This document shows, piece by piece, positions 27,234-39,342 of a DNA stretch of 64,000 bases. Each line of letters opens with the position of its first letter. The stretch's first letter is position 1. The position numbers and the translations under genes were made by a program. The stretch is taken from the NCBI GenBank assembly GCA_051294905.1, contig CM119371.1, positions 21,454,001-21,518,000 of the forward strand. Reading direction: 5' to 3'. The notes beneath the pieces are model-generated. The model ran no database searches. It saw only the letters and a list, made by a program, of their open reading frames with translations, and was not told the DNA's origin. The stretch comes from Botryllus schlosseri (Eukaryota).

Positions 27234-27680
27234 GTAACGCTGAGATATTTATTACGTCATTGCGTAAGTTGATTACCTATGATTGCGTATTGCAGCATGT
27301 TCATGATTGCGTCACATGCGTAGTTGATTACTTTATTTATTACGAGAGCGGCTTTGCTTAGTTCCACGTGTAACGCTGAGATATTTATTACGTCATTGAG
27401 TAAGTTGATTACCTATGATTGCGTATTGCAGCATGTTCATGATCACGTCATATGCGATTACTTTAGTTATTACGAGAGCGGCTTTGCTTAGTTCCAGTAA
27501 TGCTCAGATATGATTACGTTATGATTGCGTCTAGTTCCAGTCCAATAACACTGAGAAACACGTTAATACGATTGTGTAGTTGAAGCATGTTCATGATTAC
27601 GTCGTATGTGTAGTTGATTACTTTAGTAACACCGAGATATGATTACGTTAATATTGCGTTGATTGCCTTTGCAGTTGAAG
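27234..27680 (+). repeat. Subterminal tandem repeats (~130-bp x2 plus decayed units) rich in bZIP-like motifs; mirrored at ~42550-42997
   Basis: GTAACGCTGAGATATTTATTACGTCA... at 27234 and 27369; TTACGTCA, TTGCGTAA and TCACGTCA motifs. Confidence 0.85.
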
Positions 27681-27749
27681 CAAGTGCAAGGTAATATATA
27701 ACGTATAATATTTATTACATGATTATTCGCTGTAGGCTGTAGATTGAAT

Positions 27750-28037
27750 ATGTCAAAGATTACTGCTAATGATATATACGTCATAATGGATCGAATTGAC
27801 CTGATGAACTGGTATAGGTTTGCACGTGAAAAACTTGAGCTATCTGACAATGAAATTGCCGAATGTCAATACATGGATTGCTATAACTTAACTGAGCAAC
27901 GATATCAAATGATACAGTTATGGATTCGTAAAAATGGTCGTTACGCTACGATGAACAAACTTGAAGAATTAGTTCACAGCTGTCAGATACCTTCGAATAG
28001 CAATTCAAATGCTCTGTTGAAAGACATAACGTACTAA
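27750..28037 (+). CDS. Stand-alone death-domain protein (95 aa), left arm
   Basis: WYRFAREKLELSDNEI...LTEQRYQMIQLWIRKNGRYATMNKL matches the DD pattern W..(L/F)AR.L.LS..EI...L.EQ.YQML..W....G..AT...L. A likely 5'UTR intron lies at ~27691-27742. Confidence 0.85.
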   Translation: MSKITANDIYVIMDRIDLMNWYRFAREKLELSDNEIAECQYMDCYNLTEQRYQMIQLWIRKNGRYATMNKLEELVHSCQIPSNSNSNALLKDITY

Positions 28038-30890
28038 GAGGAGAATTGCGCGGACTAGTGAATAATGAAGATGCTCTCAGAAGACTTCAATATCGATGAA
28101 AATGGCTAATTTCACGTAAAATCATAAGATATTCTAATCATTGAAATCATGTAGATTATAACAGTGAACGTCTTTTGTACAAACTAATTCTTCAACAAGA
28201 TAATCAACAATTTAACGAAAACTCAAATAGATATTCACAAAGCAACAATATTAAAAAAAAGATGTTCACCGTTATAAGCCACAATGATGTCAATGAATAT
28301 AGAAAAAATATTAATAATATTAATACTCCTCAGTTAGAATGAAATATTTTAAAAGATTCAAATCATGTTTTGATTCTTATAATAACGTAAGCTAATTATT
28401 TTCATCAACATCACAAGATAATTGATAAATTAACTAAATAATAAATAAGATATTCACAAAGCAGCAATATTAATAAAATAATCAGTGGTAACAACACATG
28501 GAAATGGCTAATTTCACGCAATATTATAAGATATTCATATTACTAGGTAATTTTTTGATATTATTACGTTGATTTGTGTGTCAATATTAGTGTAAAATGA
28601 AAGCATTTTGTAGTGCATACGCTAAGGTACTGCGACACTATCCATTAACCAAGAAGGTATTCAGTTAATTCCCTATAGAGCACAGCTGTTGTCACAATGA
28701 AATGTTGACTATCGAATGAAGTTTATTATTGTGTATTGATAGGATACACCTTCATGAGGTTGCAAGGTATTTGAATTTTGTGTAGCGCTAATTCTAATTA
28801 AACTTGGAGCTTGTTGTACAAAAGATGTTCACCGTTATAAGCTACAATGATTTCAATGAATAATGAAAGAAATAATAATAATCATTAATATTCCAAAGTT
28901 GGAACCAAAGTAATAATACTTGAAAAATGAAATATTTTAAACATATTTAAATCCAGTAAATTGTACTTCTACTCCAAGTAGCAATTCGCCTACTGACTGG
29001 AATTTAATCGAATTTGGTATGCCGCAATCATAGAGAAAAAGTAGATTTTCTCAAATATTTGATGTAGGTATTTATTGTTAGCTGCTGTTATAGGGATATT
29101 TCGCAATAGCAGTGCATTCGTATCACCGACTGTTTGCGGTCAAAGGAGATCGCTATAGACCAATAAATTACTTATAGCGGAAATGATGTTGAGCTGTACC
29201 AACGTAGTTAACTATCAAGTTCATCGTTATACACAATGATTTATCATTGATTAATTATCCACTTCGATTCGAGAGTTCAATTGCAAATTTTTAATCATTT
29301 AGTACCATCTTTCATCAAATTCTATAAGTCTTGCATTATATTGAAATCCCAGAACAACTAGAAATATGTATTAAAAATCCAGTGACGTAAACATTTTGAT
29401 AGCACTGTGTAAATGACATATCGCAATATTATCACCCTACTCGCCTCACATATGTCTCACTAAACAATGCATTCGCTATTTAGTATTAATATTGTTCCAC
29501 GCATTAGCCTGCAAATGTAGTATAATATAATGAGATAAGATTGTTTGATATGCAGGTCGCGCATGAAGCAGATCTCTCCACCCTGTACTATAGTAATGTG
29601 TTAGATGTGTGCTCAAATGTTTATTGTGAATAAGACCAGTTACGCTCCAGCTACCGTGTTGGTTAACCCGTTGTGAAATTTCTGCGGCCATATCTTCACC
29701 GTCACACTTATACTCTACGCGAACGCTATATTGTAGCTTAATTTCTTTATGTAGTACGTGCAAACATATGATGTGTGTCTCTCAATTTCCTTTCAAAATC
29801 CATATGATACAACAGCTGGCCTCTACAGGGAATTAACTGAATACATTCTTGACCAATGGATCGTGTCGCAGTACCTTACCCTATGCACTACAAAATGCTA
29901 TCATTTTACACAGTAATAATGAGACACAAACCAAAGTAATGATATCAGAAAATTGCCTAATAATATGAATATCTTAAGATTTTTGCGTGAAATTAGCCAT
30001 TTTCTAGTGTTGTTATTGTTTCACTAGCACTGATTTTTCTAATAATATTGTTGCTTTGTGAACATCTTATTAATTTTTTAGTTAAAGTATCAATTATCTT
30101 GTGTTGTTGATGAAAATAATTAGCTTGTACAAAAGACGTTCACTATTAAAATATACACGATTTCAATGATTATTAAAAAATAAGCTGATGCAAGTTTCCA
30201 GAATGCTGATGCTAACTATGCTGTTGGAGCCTTTCCAAATAGCAATACGCAGTACAGTTATCGCAGATGGATGCAAAATAGTCCTAATTCTCAACAATTT
30301 GAATTGTCTCGAAATCACACTTATTGCGATATCAAATCCCCGCATTTAGTTGTATTTAGGGCTATTGCACAAGCTATCTCCAATATGCTGCAATATAGAG
30401 AGGTTCAAACTTGTCTAGGGTATTCACTTCCCGTCAACTAGCTTTTAAAGACACATTGATAAGCGCGCCTATTTAATTACCTAATTTTCTTGACTGTCTT
30501 CGAATATTTCATCGACTATCATAAGGAACATTCGCTCATCGCTCATCATTCGCTCATCATATATATATTACATTGACTTTAATATCACTATAACGGAACT
30601 ATAACGAAATATGATGTGTATGAGAGCTGTCGGTGTAAATCAAGAAGTAAGCATATAATAGGTGTATGTAGCAGGTTTTCACCATAATGTAGGGTGCTTA
30701 TCAACAATTTTTGTATATCGAATGTTTGTAGCTCTAGGAAGATATTCGTATTGGAGACTACGATTATATCTTCAAGAATATCAACATAACCAGCATATCA
30801 ACCAGAACTTTTAGGTTCGTTTTCCGATAGAAACCTCGGAAATATCTCATCATAAGCAGCGTATTACGCTTACTCTTGGCTGTTCCATCA

Positions 30891-31057
30891 AGCTCCGTAC
30901 ACCTTGATCTTTTCGGATACATTGGCATTGCGGAATATGCAACGTTCAGCATTGGATGAACATTCCTAACAAAGGCATAGGTGTCCCCAGGGAACCAAGC
31001 TAACTTCGCTTCTATTCTTTTACATTGTTTGCAAAGCACGGTATTTTGTAATTCCAT
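30891..31057 (-). pseudogene. IAP-type RING-HC finger pseudogene, left arm
   Basis: Mirror of 39174-39340. Confidence 0.7.
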
Positions 31058-31694
31058 GAGACTTCAGTGGTTCTAGAATACAAAATTATTGAGAGTCGAA
31101 TAAACTGTCAATTAACTAAGCATAAAGTATATGATATTCAAAAATATTTAAAGGTTACGTCGTTGAACAACCCCGATATGATCATACAGCGAAAGTATAG
31201 CCCCAAATAGCGCTAATATCTCCCAAGCATAAACAATAACGTGGTCGAAATGTACGTTTTATTGCAAATTTATCTCTAAACAGAATGAGCTGTAGCTTAT
31301 CACATTCGAATTACTGAGTGAAATTGACATAGAACTATTAGGTCAAGCCGAAACATCTTCACTTCAGTTATCATTCCCATGGGGCTACTAGTTATAGCAG
31401 AGGCGGGCAAACTGCGATTCGCGCCTGTAGCACTTTATTGATTTCACGTGCGTTTCGCTATTTTGTTAAAGAAGTTCAACCTGATTATATGTTAATGCAT
31501 CTATAGCGTATTAGAAATATGCGAATGGTGGCCCTATACAGCCTTCGAAATTAGCAATTGAACTCTCGAATTCAACCTGATCATCAATCAATGACAAATC
31601 ATTGTTTTCAACGCTATTTTTTGTGGTTCACTGACTCACAACCTTTAGTGACCCGCAGAGCACTTACGTTAGTTGAACTTTGGCCTCAGTTGGA

Positions 31695-32287
31695 CTGTAG
31701 ATTACTAACCTACGGATAGATACGCAAGTCCCGTCGTTACGCTCCGACAAGCAGTTACACTTGTTGCTGAGCAATCCAAAAGAAGCATAATTGGTGGAGT
31801 TATAGCTTGCGTCCCGAGGGCTGAAATGTAATGAAACTGGTCTTAATCGAGAGCTACTGCCTCACTGATTCCGAAAATACAAATTCAAATCGTGCCGGGG
31901 ATATGGAACCACCTCAAAACATCTCTCAAAATCTGAAAATCGACATAGTTCCAACAATGGCACCACCGCAACAGGATGAACATAACAATGGCCAATTTCG
32001 TCAAGCGATTGTTCAGAGCAATTTCGATTTTCAGACTTTGAGGGATGGTTTGACATGGTTCCATTTCCTGACAAGATTTTAATTTGTATTCTCAGAATCA
32101 GTGCGACAGTAGCTCTCGATTAAGAGACCAGTTTCAATAAATTTCACCTCTCAGGTCGCAAGTTGTAATACCACCAATTATGGTGCTTTTAGATTGCTGA
32201 GCAATAAGTGTAACTGCTTGCCGGAGCGTAACGACGGGACTTGCGTATCTATCCGTAGGTTAGTAATCTATAGTTTTACCACCCCTG
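31695..32287. mobile_element. MITE with ~200-bp TIRs inside the left arm (mirrored at ~37943-38536)
   Basis: 31695-31895 is inverted against 32068-32272; hAT-like ACCACCCCTG right end. Confidence 0.75.
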
Positions 32288-32451
32288 CTCTAAACCATAA
32301 CCATAACAACTTGAGTAAGTACTGTCACTAGGCAAACCCTAGCAGAGTTATGCTCAAATTATATCAAATATTGCATGGAATATGGCAAATGAACACGCCA
32401 AGTATTATCAAGTGAAGGAAAACGAACGCCTAATTCCCTCTAGATACATAT

Positions 32452-34818
32452 TTATTCGGAAAATCTCCCATTACAGGGTGAGTACAGTTGATTTCTCAAG
32501 GTCTTCCTATCTTCCCCACTTAAGCGCGGTAAGACTAGTTTGACTTCGCGGCATTCAGGATTATATCTCACGAAGCTCTGAATGGAATTCACGTATTTCA
32601 CGTCGACTATCGTTCTGTTGCTATCACTGAGGTCGATTGCCTTTAGCTGTTCATTGAATAATAGGCGATTTAGATCAATTTAAAAAATACAGAAACGAAC
32701 TGCATCGCTACATCGGGATCTACTATTGAGCAGAAAGATCTTACTGTAGCGCATCGCTTTCCCGTCTCTTCGCTCAGATTCCTGATTTGCATGGAAAGCA
32801 TCTTGCAATTACTCAGATTAAATTCTTCCACACGGGAATTGCACAGGACTTTAGTTAGTGTTTTGTAGCAGGATGAAATGCCAGGATTTCTACTTAAATC
32901 CAGCGAGTGCAGCTAAAACATGGTGTAATGTTCAAATATTTTACGAGACTACAAATGACTCGACACCTGTAATAGATTAGTCATAATATTATTTATCAAC
33001 AGTTGAGCAATTTTCGCGATGTCTGCTCCTAATAGCAAAACTGATGCAACACCGAAGACAATAATGAAGCTCGAAAGGTTATTGAAGAAACCATCTAAAC
33101 TAGATTTAAAATGAATGAACGATTGAAAAAACCTCTTGCTTAGAAGCAGTGATAGTATTTATTTTCAGACGTGATCAGAAACACTTTATTGATGATAAAA
33201 GTTCTATCGATCGATGAAATGTCATGCTTGAGTATGACTGAAACTCACATAAGCATTAGACTGTGATTGATTATTTCAGTTACAAAACATAACGGATCTA
33301 GTTCAAATGATCACCTCATGAATTCCGAGACCTTTATTTAATAAGATTAGTGAGTCTTCGTCCAATTCGCAAGCTGAAAGTCGAACGTTTTTCGTGTTAT
33401 GCTTTCTTACAAAGCATCCAACTTCTTTCAAACCTGTCGGTTCCATATCCGTATTATAACTCAGATCAAGGTTTTCGACCTACAATTACAGTAATTTATT
33501 TCAAAATGACACACAAAACTATAGAAACGAGTGAGTACCTCGATAGAAGCAAAACTTTCAAAAGCGCGAATTTCCTCTGGTGTAAGGTCACACCCCTTCA
33601 TGATAAGAGTAACCGCTTTGTCTTTACAAAGTAAGGCAGGCAGCGCGGTCATACACTCTTCATCCAGCTGATTGTAGCTGATGTCAAGATATTGGAGCTG
33701 AACAAATATAGGAAACTGTCAATTTACGATCAGCATTGATCAGATATAAAACATTTCAAACTGATAACAGAAAAAAAATGTTGATTAGCCACTCACGTCA
33801 TAATATACGCGAAATGTGCTAAGAGTAAACTAGAATTTCCTCTATCCATCCATCTCTGTACAATCGCTCACACAGAATGTGATCATTAACGACTATACCC
33901 AGCAATAATCGCACATACCTTACTGTTTTTGAGCTGTAGAGCAACGAAATCTTTTGACTGCAAGTGCGAGTTCACAAGTGACAAATAGGTTAGATCGTTC
34001 GAAATAATAGTCGCGAGTTGCGTAAAGTTAATGTTTTCCCCGTAGCTGAGATTGAGGTTTCGTAATTTCACCTATGGGAACGAGGTATTAGGAAACCTCA
34101 CTTCGAGAGGTTCTATACTAGATTAGCGCCTAGCTTTTCCCATCATCAATACCTGATGCCGCCTGATAAGTTGATCCAAAATGATTAGAAAATCTTCGGA
34201 TCCATCACTTTCTTCCAGATTGAGCTCCGTCAAACCACACTCCTTCATCAACTCGCATATTACTGGGAGGAGGTTTTCAATGTTGTCGTGTGCTGTAACG
34301 CTGAGTTTTCTTATTTCGACCTGAACGAGCGCAAAACTTCACACATAAAATGCTAAATGAGCTATGAACAGTTTAACACTGATCAACTTTAGCTATAGCC
34401 TATCTAATAAGGCTATTGAGACTGATTCCTATACAAGTAGCAATTGAGCATTGTTCGCTACGTTACCTTCAATTCTCGCCTTAACACATCAGTAATAGGG
34501 AACAACGCGATTACGATAAAAGTTTTTTTAAAGTCGTATCTGAATACTTATATTGAACGTGAATTTATAATGATCAGTGACTACGAGTGAATGTGTGAAG
34601 GCGTTTACCACAAATTCAAATCCACGAATTTTATCCAGTAGAATCTTTACGAGGTTTTCATTGAGATCGCATTGGCGAAATTCTAACTCATACACGCGAC
34701 ATTGCTGAATAAGACCATTCGCGATATTATGTATATCCAATTCAGTCGTAGTTTGGTCATAGAGCCCATAAGGAATATTCACGTCATCATGATCCGTAAG
34801 TACTAATTGATGGTACAT
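32452..34818 (-). CDS. 7-exon RI/NLR-type leucine-rich repeat protein, left arm
   Basis: Mirror of 35412-37778 with a few substitutions. Confidence 0.8.
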
Positions 34819-35098
34819 CCTCTTTTCAGCTTAAGGATGTAAACTAAAAAATGTTGTATGCCGCCCTGATGAGTTTAATTATAATATACTTATAATGGTA
34901 CAGTGATTTTTCAATAACGAAACTCTTTTACAGCATGAGCAGAATAATTTCATAATAAACATAAAATACCTGCTGTCGATGATTTGTACTAATTTGCGGC
35001 GCGTTCAATTAACTCATGCGGCTCAAAAATATAGTAAGCATGGCGATTGGTATTCGTTGAGTTGAATAAACATTAAAAACAATATATTTCCGCGCCCT

Positions 35099-35131
35099 CC
35101 TAAACCTAATTCCTCCTAACCCTACAACCCA
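35099..35131. other. 33-bp non-palindromic loop at the palindrome centre, CCCTAA-like
   Basis: CCGCGCCCT[CCTAAACCTAATTCCTCCTAACCCTACAACCCA]AGGGCGCGG. Confidence 0.9.
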
Positions 35132-35411
35132 AGGGCGCGGAAATATATTGTTTTTAATGTTTATTCAACTCAACGAATACCAATCGCCATGCTTACTATA
35201 TTTTTGAGCCGCATGAGGTAATTGAACGCGCCGCAAATTAGTACAAATCATCGACAGCAGGTATTTTATGTTTATTATGAAATTATTCTGCTCATGCTGT
35301 AAAAGAGTTTCGTTATTGAAAAATCACTGTACCATTATAAGTATATTATAATTAAACTCATCAGGGAGGCATACAACATTTTTTAGTTTACATCCTTAAG
35401 CTGAAAAGAGG

Positions 35412-37778
35412 ATGTACCATCAATTAGTACTTACGGATCATGATGACGTGAATATTCCTTATGGGCTCTATCACCAAACTACGACTGAATTGGATATACA
35501 TAATATCGCGAATGGTCTTATTCAGCAATGTCGCGTGTATGAGTTAGAATTTCGCCAATGCGATCTCAATGAAAACCTCGTAAAGATTCTACTGGATAAA
35601 ATTCGTGGATTTGAATTTGTGGTAAACGCCTTCACACATTCACTCGTAGTCACTGATCATTATAAATTCACGTTCAATATAAGTATTCAGATACGACTTT
35701 AAAAAAACTTTTATCGTAATCGCGTTGTTCCCTATTACTGATGTGTTAAGGCGAGAATTGAAGGTAACGTAGCGAACAATGCTCAATTGCTACTTGTATA
35801 GGAATCAGTCTCAATAGCCTTATTAGATAGGCTATAGCTAAAGTTGATCAGTGTTAAACTGTTCATAGCTCATTTAGCATTTTATGTGTGAAGTTTTGCG
35901 CTCGTTCAGGTCGAAATAAGAAAACTCAGCGTTACAGCACACGACAACATTGAAAACCTCCTCCCAGTAATATGCGAGTTGATGAAGGAGTGTGGTTCGA
36001 CGGAGCTCAATCTGGAAGAAAGTGATGGATCCGAAGATTTTCTAATCATTTTGGATCAACTTATCAGGCGGCATCAGGTATTGATGATGGGAAAAGCTAG
36101 GCGCTAATCTAGTATAGAACCTCTCGAAGTGAGATTTCCTAATACCTCGTTCCCATAGGTGAAATTACGAAACCTCAATCTCAGCTACGGGGAAAACATT
36201 AACTTTACGCAACTCGCGACTATTATTTCGAACGATCTAACCTATTTGTCACTTGTGAACTCGCACTTGCAGTCAAAAGATTTCGTTGCTCTACAGCTCA
36301 AAAACAGTAAGGTATGTGCGATTATTGCTGGGTATAGTCGTTAATGATCACATTCTGTGTGAGCGATTGTACAGAGATGGATGGATAGAGGAAATTCTAG
36401 TTTACTCTTAGCACATTTCGCGTATATTATGACGTGAGTGGCTAATCAACATTTTTTTTCTGTTATCAGTTTGAAATGTTTTATATCTGATCAATGCTGA
36501 TCGTAAATTGACAGTTTCCTATATTTGTTCAGCTCCAATATCTTGACATCAGCTACAATCAGCTGGATGAAGAGTGTATGACCGCGCTGCCTGCCTTACT
36601 TTGTAAAGACAAAGCGGTTACTCTTATCATGAAGGGGTGTGACCTTACACCAGAGGAAATTCGCGCTTTTGAAAGTTTTGCTTCTATCGAGGTACTCACT
36701 CGTTTCTATAGTTTTGTGTGTCATTTTGAAATAAATTACTGTAATTGTAGGTCGAAAACCTTGATCTGAGTTATAATACGGATATGGAACCGACAGGTTT
36801 GAAAGAAGTTGGATGCTTTGTAAGAAAGCATAACACGAAAAACGTTCGACTTTCAGCTTGCGAATTGGACGAAGACTCACTAATCGTATTAAATAAAGGT
36901 CTCGGAATTCATGAGGTGATCATTTGAACTAGATCCGTTATGTTTTGTAACTGAAATAATCAATCACAGTCTAATGCTTATGTGAGTTTCAGTCATACTC
37001 AAGCATGACATTTCATCGATCGATAGAACTTTTATCATCAATAAAGTGTTTCTGATCACGTCTGAAAATAAATACTATCACTGCTTCTAAGCAAGAGGTT
37101 TTTTCAATCGTTCATTCATTTTAAATCTAGTTTAGATGGTTTCTTCAATAACCTTTCGAGCTTCATTATTGTCTTCGGTGTTGCATCAGTTTTGCTATTA
37201 GGAGCAGACATCGCGAAAATTGCTCAACTGTTGATAAATAATATTATGACTAATCTATTACAGGTGTCGAGTCATTTGTAGTCTCGTAAAATATTTGAAC
37301 ATTACACCATGTTTTAGCTGCACTCGCTGGATTTAAGTAGAAATCCTGGCATTTCATCCTGCTACAAAACACTAACTAAAGTCCTGTGCAATTCCCGTGT
37401 GGAAGAATTTAATCTGAGTAATTGCAAGATGCTTTCCATGCAAATCAGGAATCTGAGCGAAGAGACGGGAAAGCGATGCGCTACAGTAAGATCTTTCTGC
37501 TCAATAGTAGATCCCGATGTAGCGATGCAGTTCGTTTCTGTATTTTTTAAATTGATCTAAATCGCCTATTATTCAATGAACAGCTAAAGGCAATCGACCT
37601 CAGTGATAGCAACAGAACGATAGTCGACGTGAAATACGTGAATTCCATTCAGAGCTTCGTGAGATATAATCCTGAATGCCGCGAAGTCAAACTAGTCTTA
37701 CCGCGCTTAAGTGGGGAAGATAGGAAGACCTTGAGAAATCAACTGTACTCACCCTGTAATGGGAGATTTTCCGAATAA
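35412..37778 (+). CDS. 7-exon RI/NLR-type leucine-rich repeat protein (~405 aa), right arm
   Basis: Phase-0 GT-AG exons 35412-35621, 35910-36077, 36159-36311, 36533-36691, 36751-36915, 37318-37485 and 37584-37778. Motifs include LRNLNLSYG, LQYLDISYNQL, VENLDLSYN, LHSLDLSRNP and LKAIDLSDS. Internal exons are 51-56 codons. Confidence 0.85.
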
Positions 37779-39173
37779 ATATGTATCTAGAGGGAATTAG
37801 GCGTTCGTTTTCCTTCACTTGATAATACTTGGCGTGTTCATTTGCCATATTCCATGCAATATTTGATATAATTTGAGCATAACTCTGCTAGGGTTTGCCT
37901 AGTGACAGTACTTACTCAAGTTGTTATGGTTATGGTTTAGAGCAGGGGTGGTAAAACTATAGATTACCAACCTACGGATAGATACGCAAGTCCCGTCGTT
38001 ACGCTCCGGCAAGCAGTTACACTTATTGCTCAGCAATCTAAAAGCACCATAATTGGTGGTATTACAACTTGCGACCTGAGAGGTGAAATTTATTGAAACT
38101 GGTCTCTTAATCGAGAGCTACTGTCGCACTGATTCTGAGAATACAAATTAAAATCTTGTCAGGGAAATGGAACCATGTCAAACCATCCCTCAAAGTCTGA
38201 AAATCGAAATTGCTCTGAACAATCGCTTGACGAAATTGGCCATTGTTATGTTCATCCTGTTGCGGTGGTGCCATTGTTGGAACTATGTCGATTTTCAGAT
38301 TTTGAGAGATGTTTTGAGGTGGTTCCATATCCCCGGCACGATTTGAATTTGTATTTTCGGAATCAGTGAGGCAGTAGCTCTCGATTAAGACCAGTTTCAT
38401 TACATTTCAGCCCTCGGGACGCAAGCTATAACTCCACCAATTATGCTTCTTTTGGATTGCTCAGCAACAAGTGTAACTGCTTGTCGGAGCGTAACGACGG
38501 GACTTGCGTATCTATCCGTAGGTTAGTAATCTACAGTCCAACTGAGGCCAAAGTTCAACTAACGTAAGTGCTCTGCGGGTCACTAAAGGTTGTGAGTCAG
38601 TGAACCACAAAAAATAGCGTTGAAAACAATGATTTGTCATTGATTGATGATCAGGTTGAATTCGAGAGTTCAATTGCTAATTTCGAAGGCTGTATAGGGC
38701 CACCATTCGCATATTTCTAATACGCTATAGATGCATTAACATATAATCAGGTTGAACTTCTTTAACAAAATAGCGAAACGCACGTGAAATCAATAAAGTG
38801 CTACAGGCGCGAATCGCAGTTTGCCCGCCTCTGCTATAACTAGTAGCCTCATGGGAATGATAACTGAAGTGAAGATGTTTCGGCTTGACCTAATAGTTCT
38901 ATGTCAATTTCACTCAGTAATTCGAATGTGATAAGCTACAGCTCATTCTGTTTAGAGATAAATTTGCAATAAAACGTACATTTCGACCACGTTATTGTTT
39001 ATGCTTGGGAGATATTAGCGCTATTTGGGGCTATACTTTCGCTGTATGATCATATCGGGGTTGTTCAACGACGTAACCTTTAAATATTTTTGAATATCAT
39101 ATACTTTATGCTTAGTTAATTGACAGTTTATTCGACTCTCAATAATTTAGTATTCTAGAACCACTGAAGTCTC

Positions 39174-39342
39174 ATGGAATTACAAAATACCGTGCTTTGC
39201 AAACAATGTAAAAGAATAGAAGCGAAGTTAGCTTGGTTCCCTGGGGACACCTATGCCTTTGTTAGGAATGTTCATCCAATGCTGAACGTTGCATATTCCG
39301 CAATGCCAATGTATCCGAAAAGATCAAGGTGTACGGAGCTTG
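39174..39342 (+). pseudogene. IAP-type RING-HC finger pseudogene, right arm
   Basis: MELQNTVLCKQCKRIEAKLAWFP, then a 1-nt frameshift to GHLCLC*ECSSNAERCIFRNANVSEKIKVYGA*. This is a C-terminal IAP-like RING with a frameshift, a TAG stop and loss of the last Cys. Confidence 0.75.

Noticed and set aside
31831..32082. ORFs 31831-32082 and 38107-38400 as cargo genes
   Set aside because: They lie within a MITE, differ by a frameshift between arms and show no recognisable domain.
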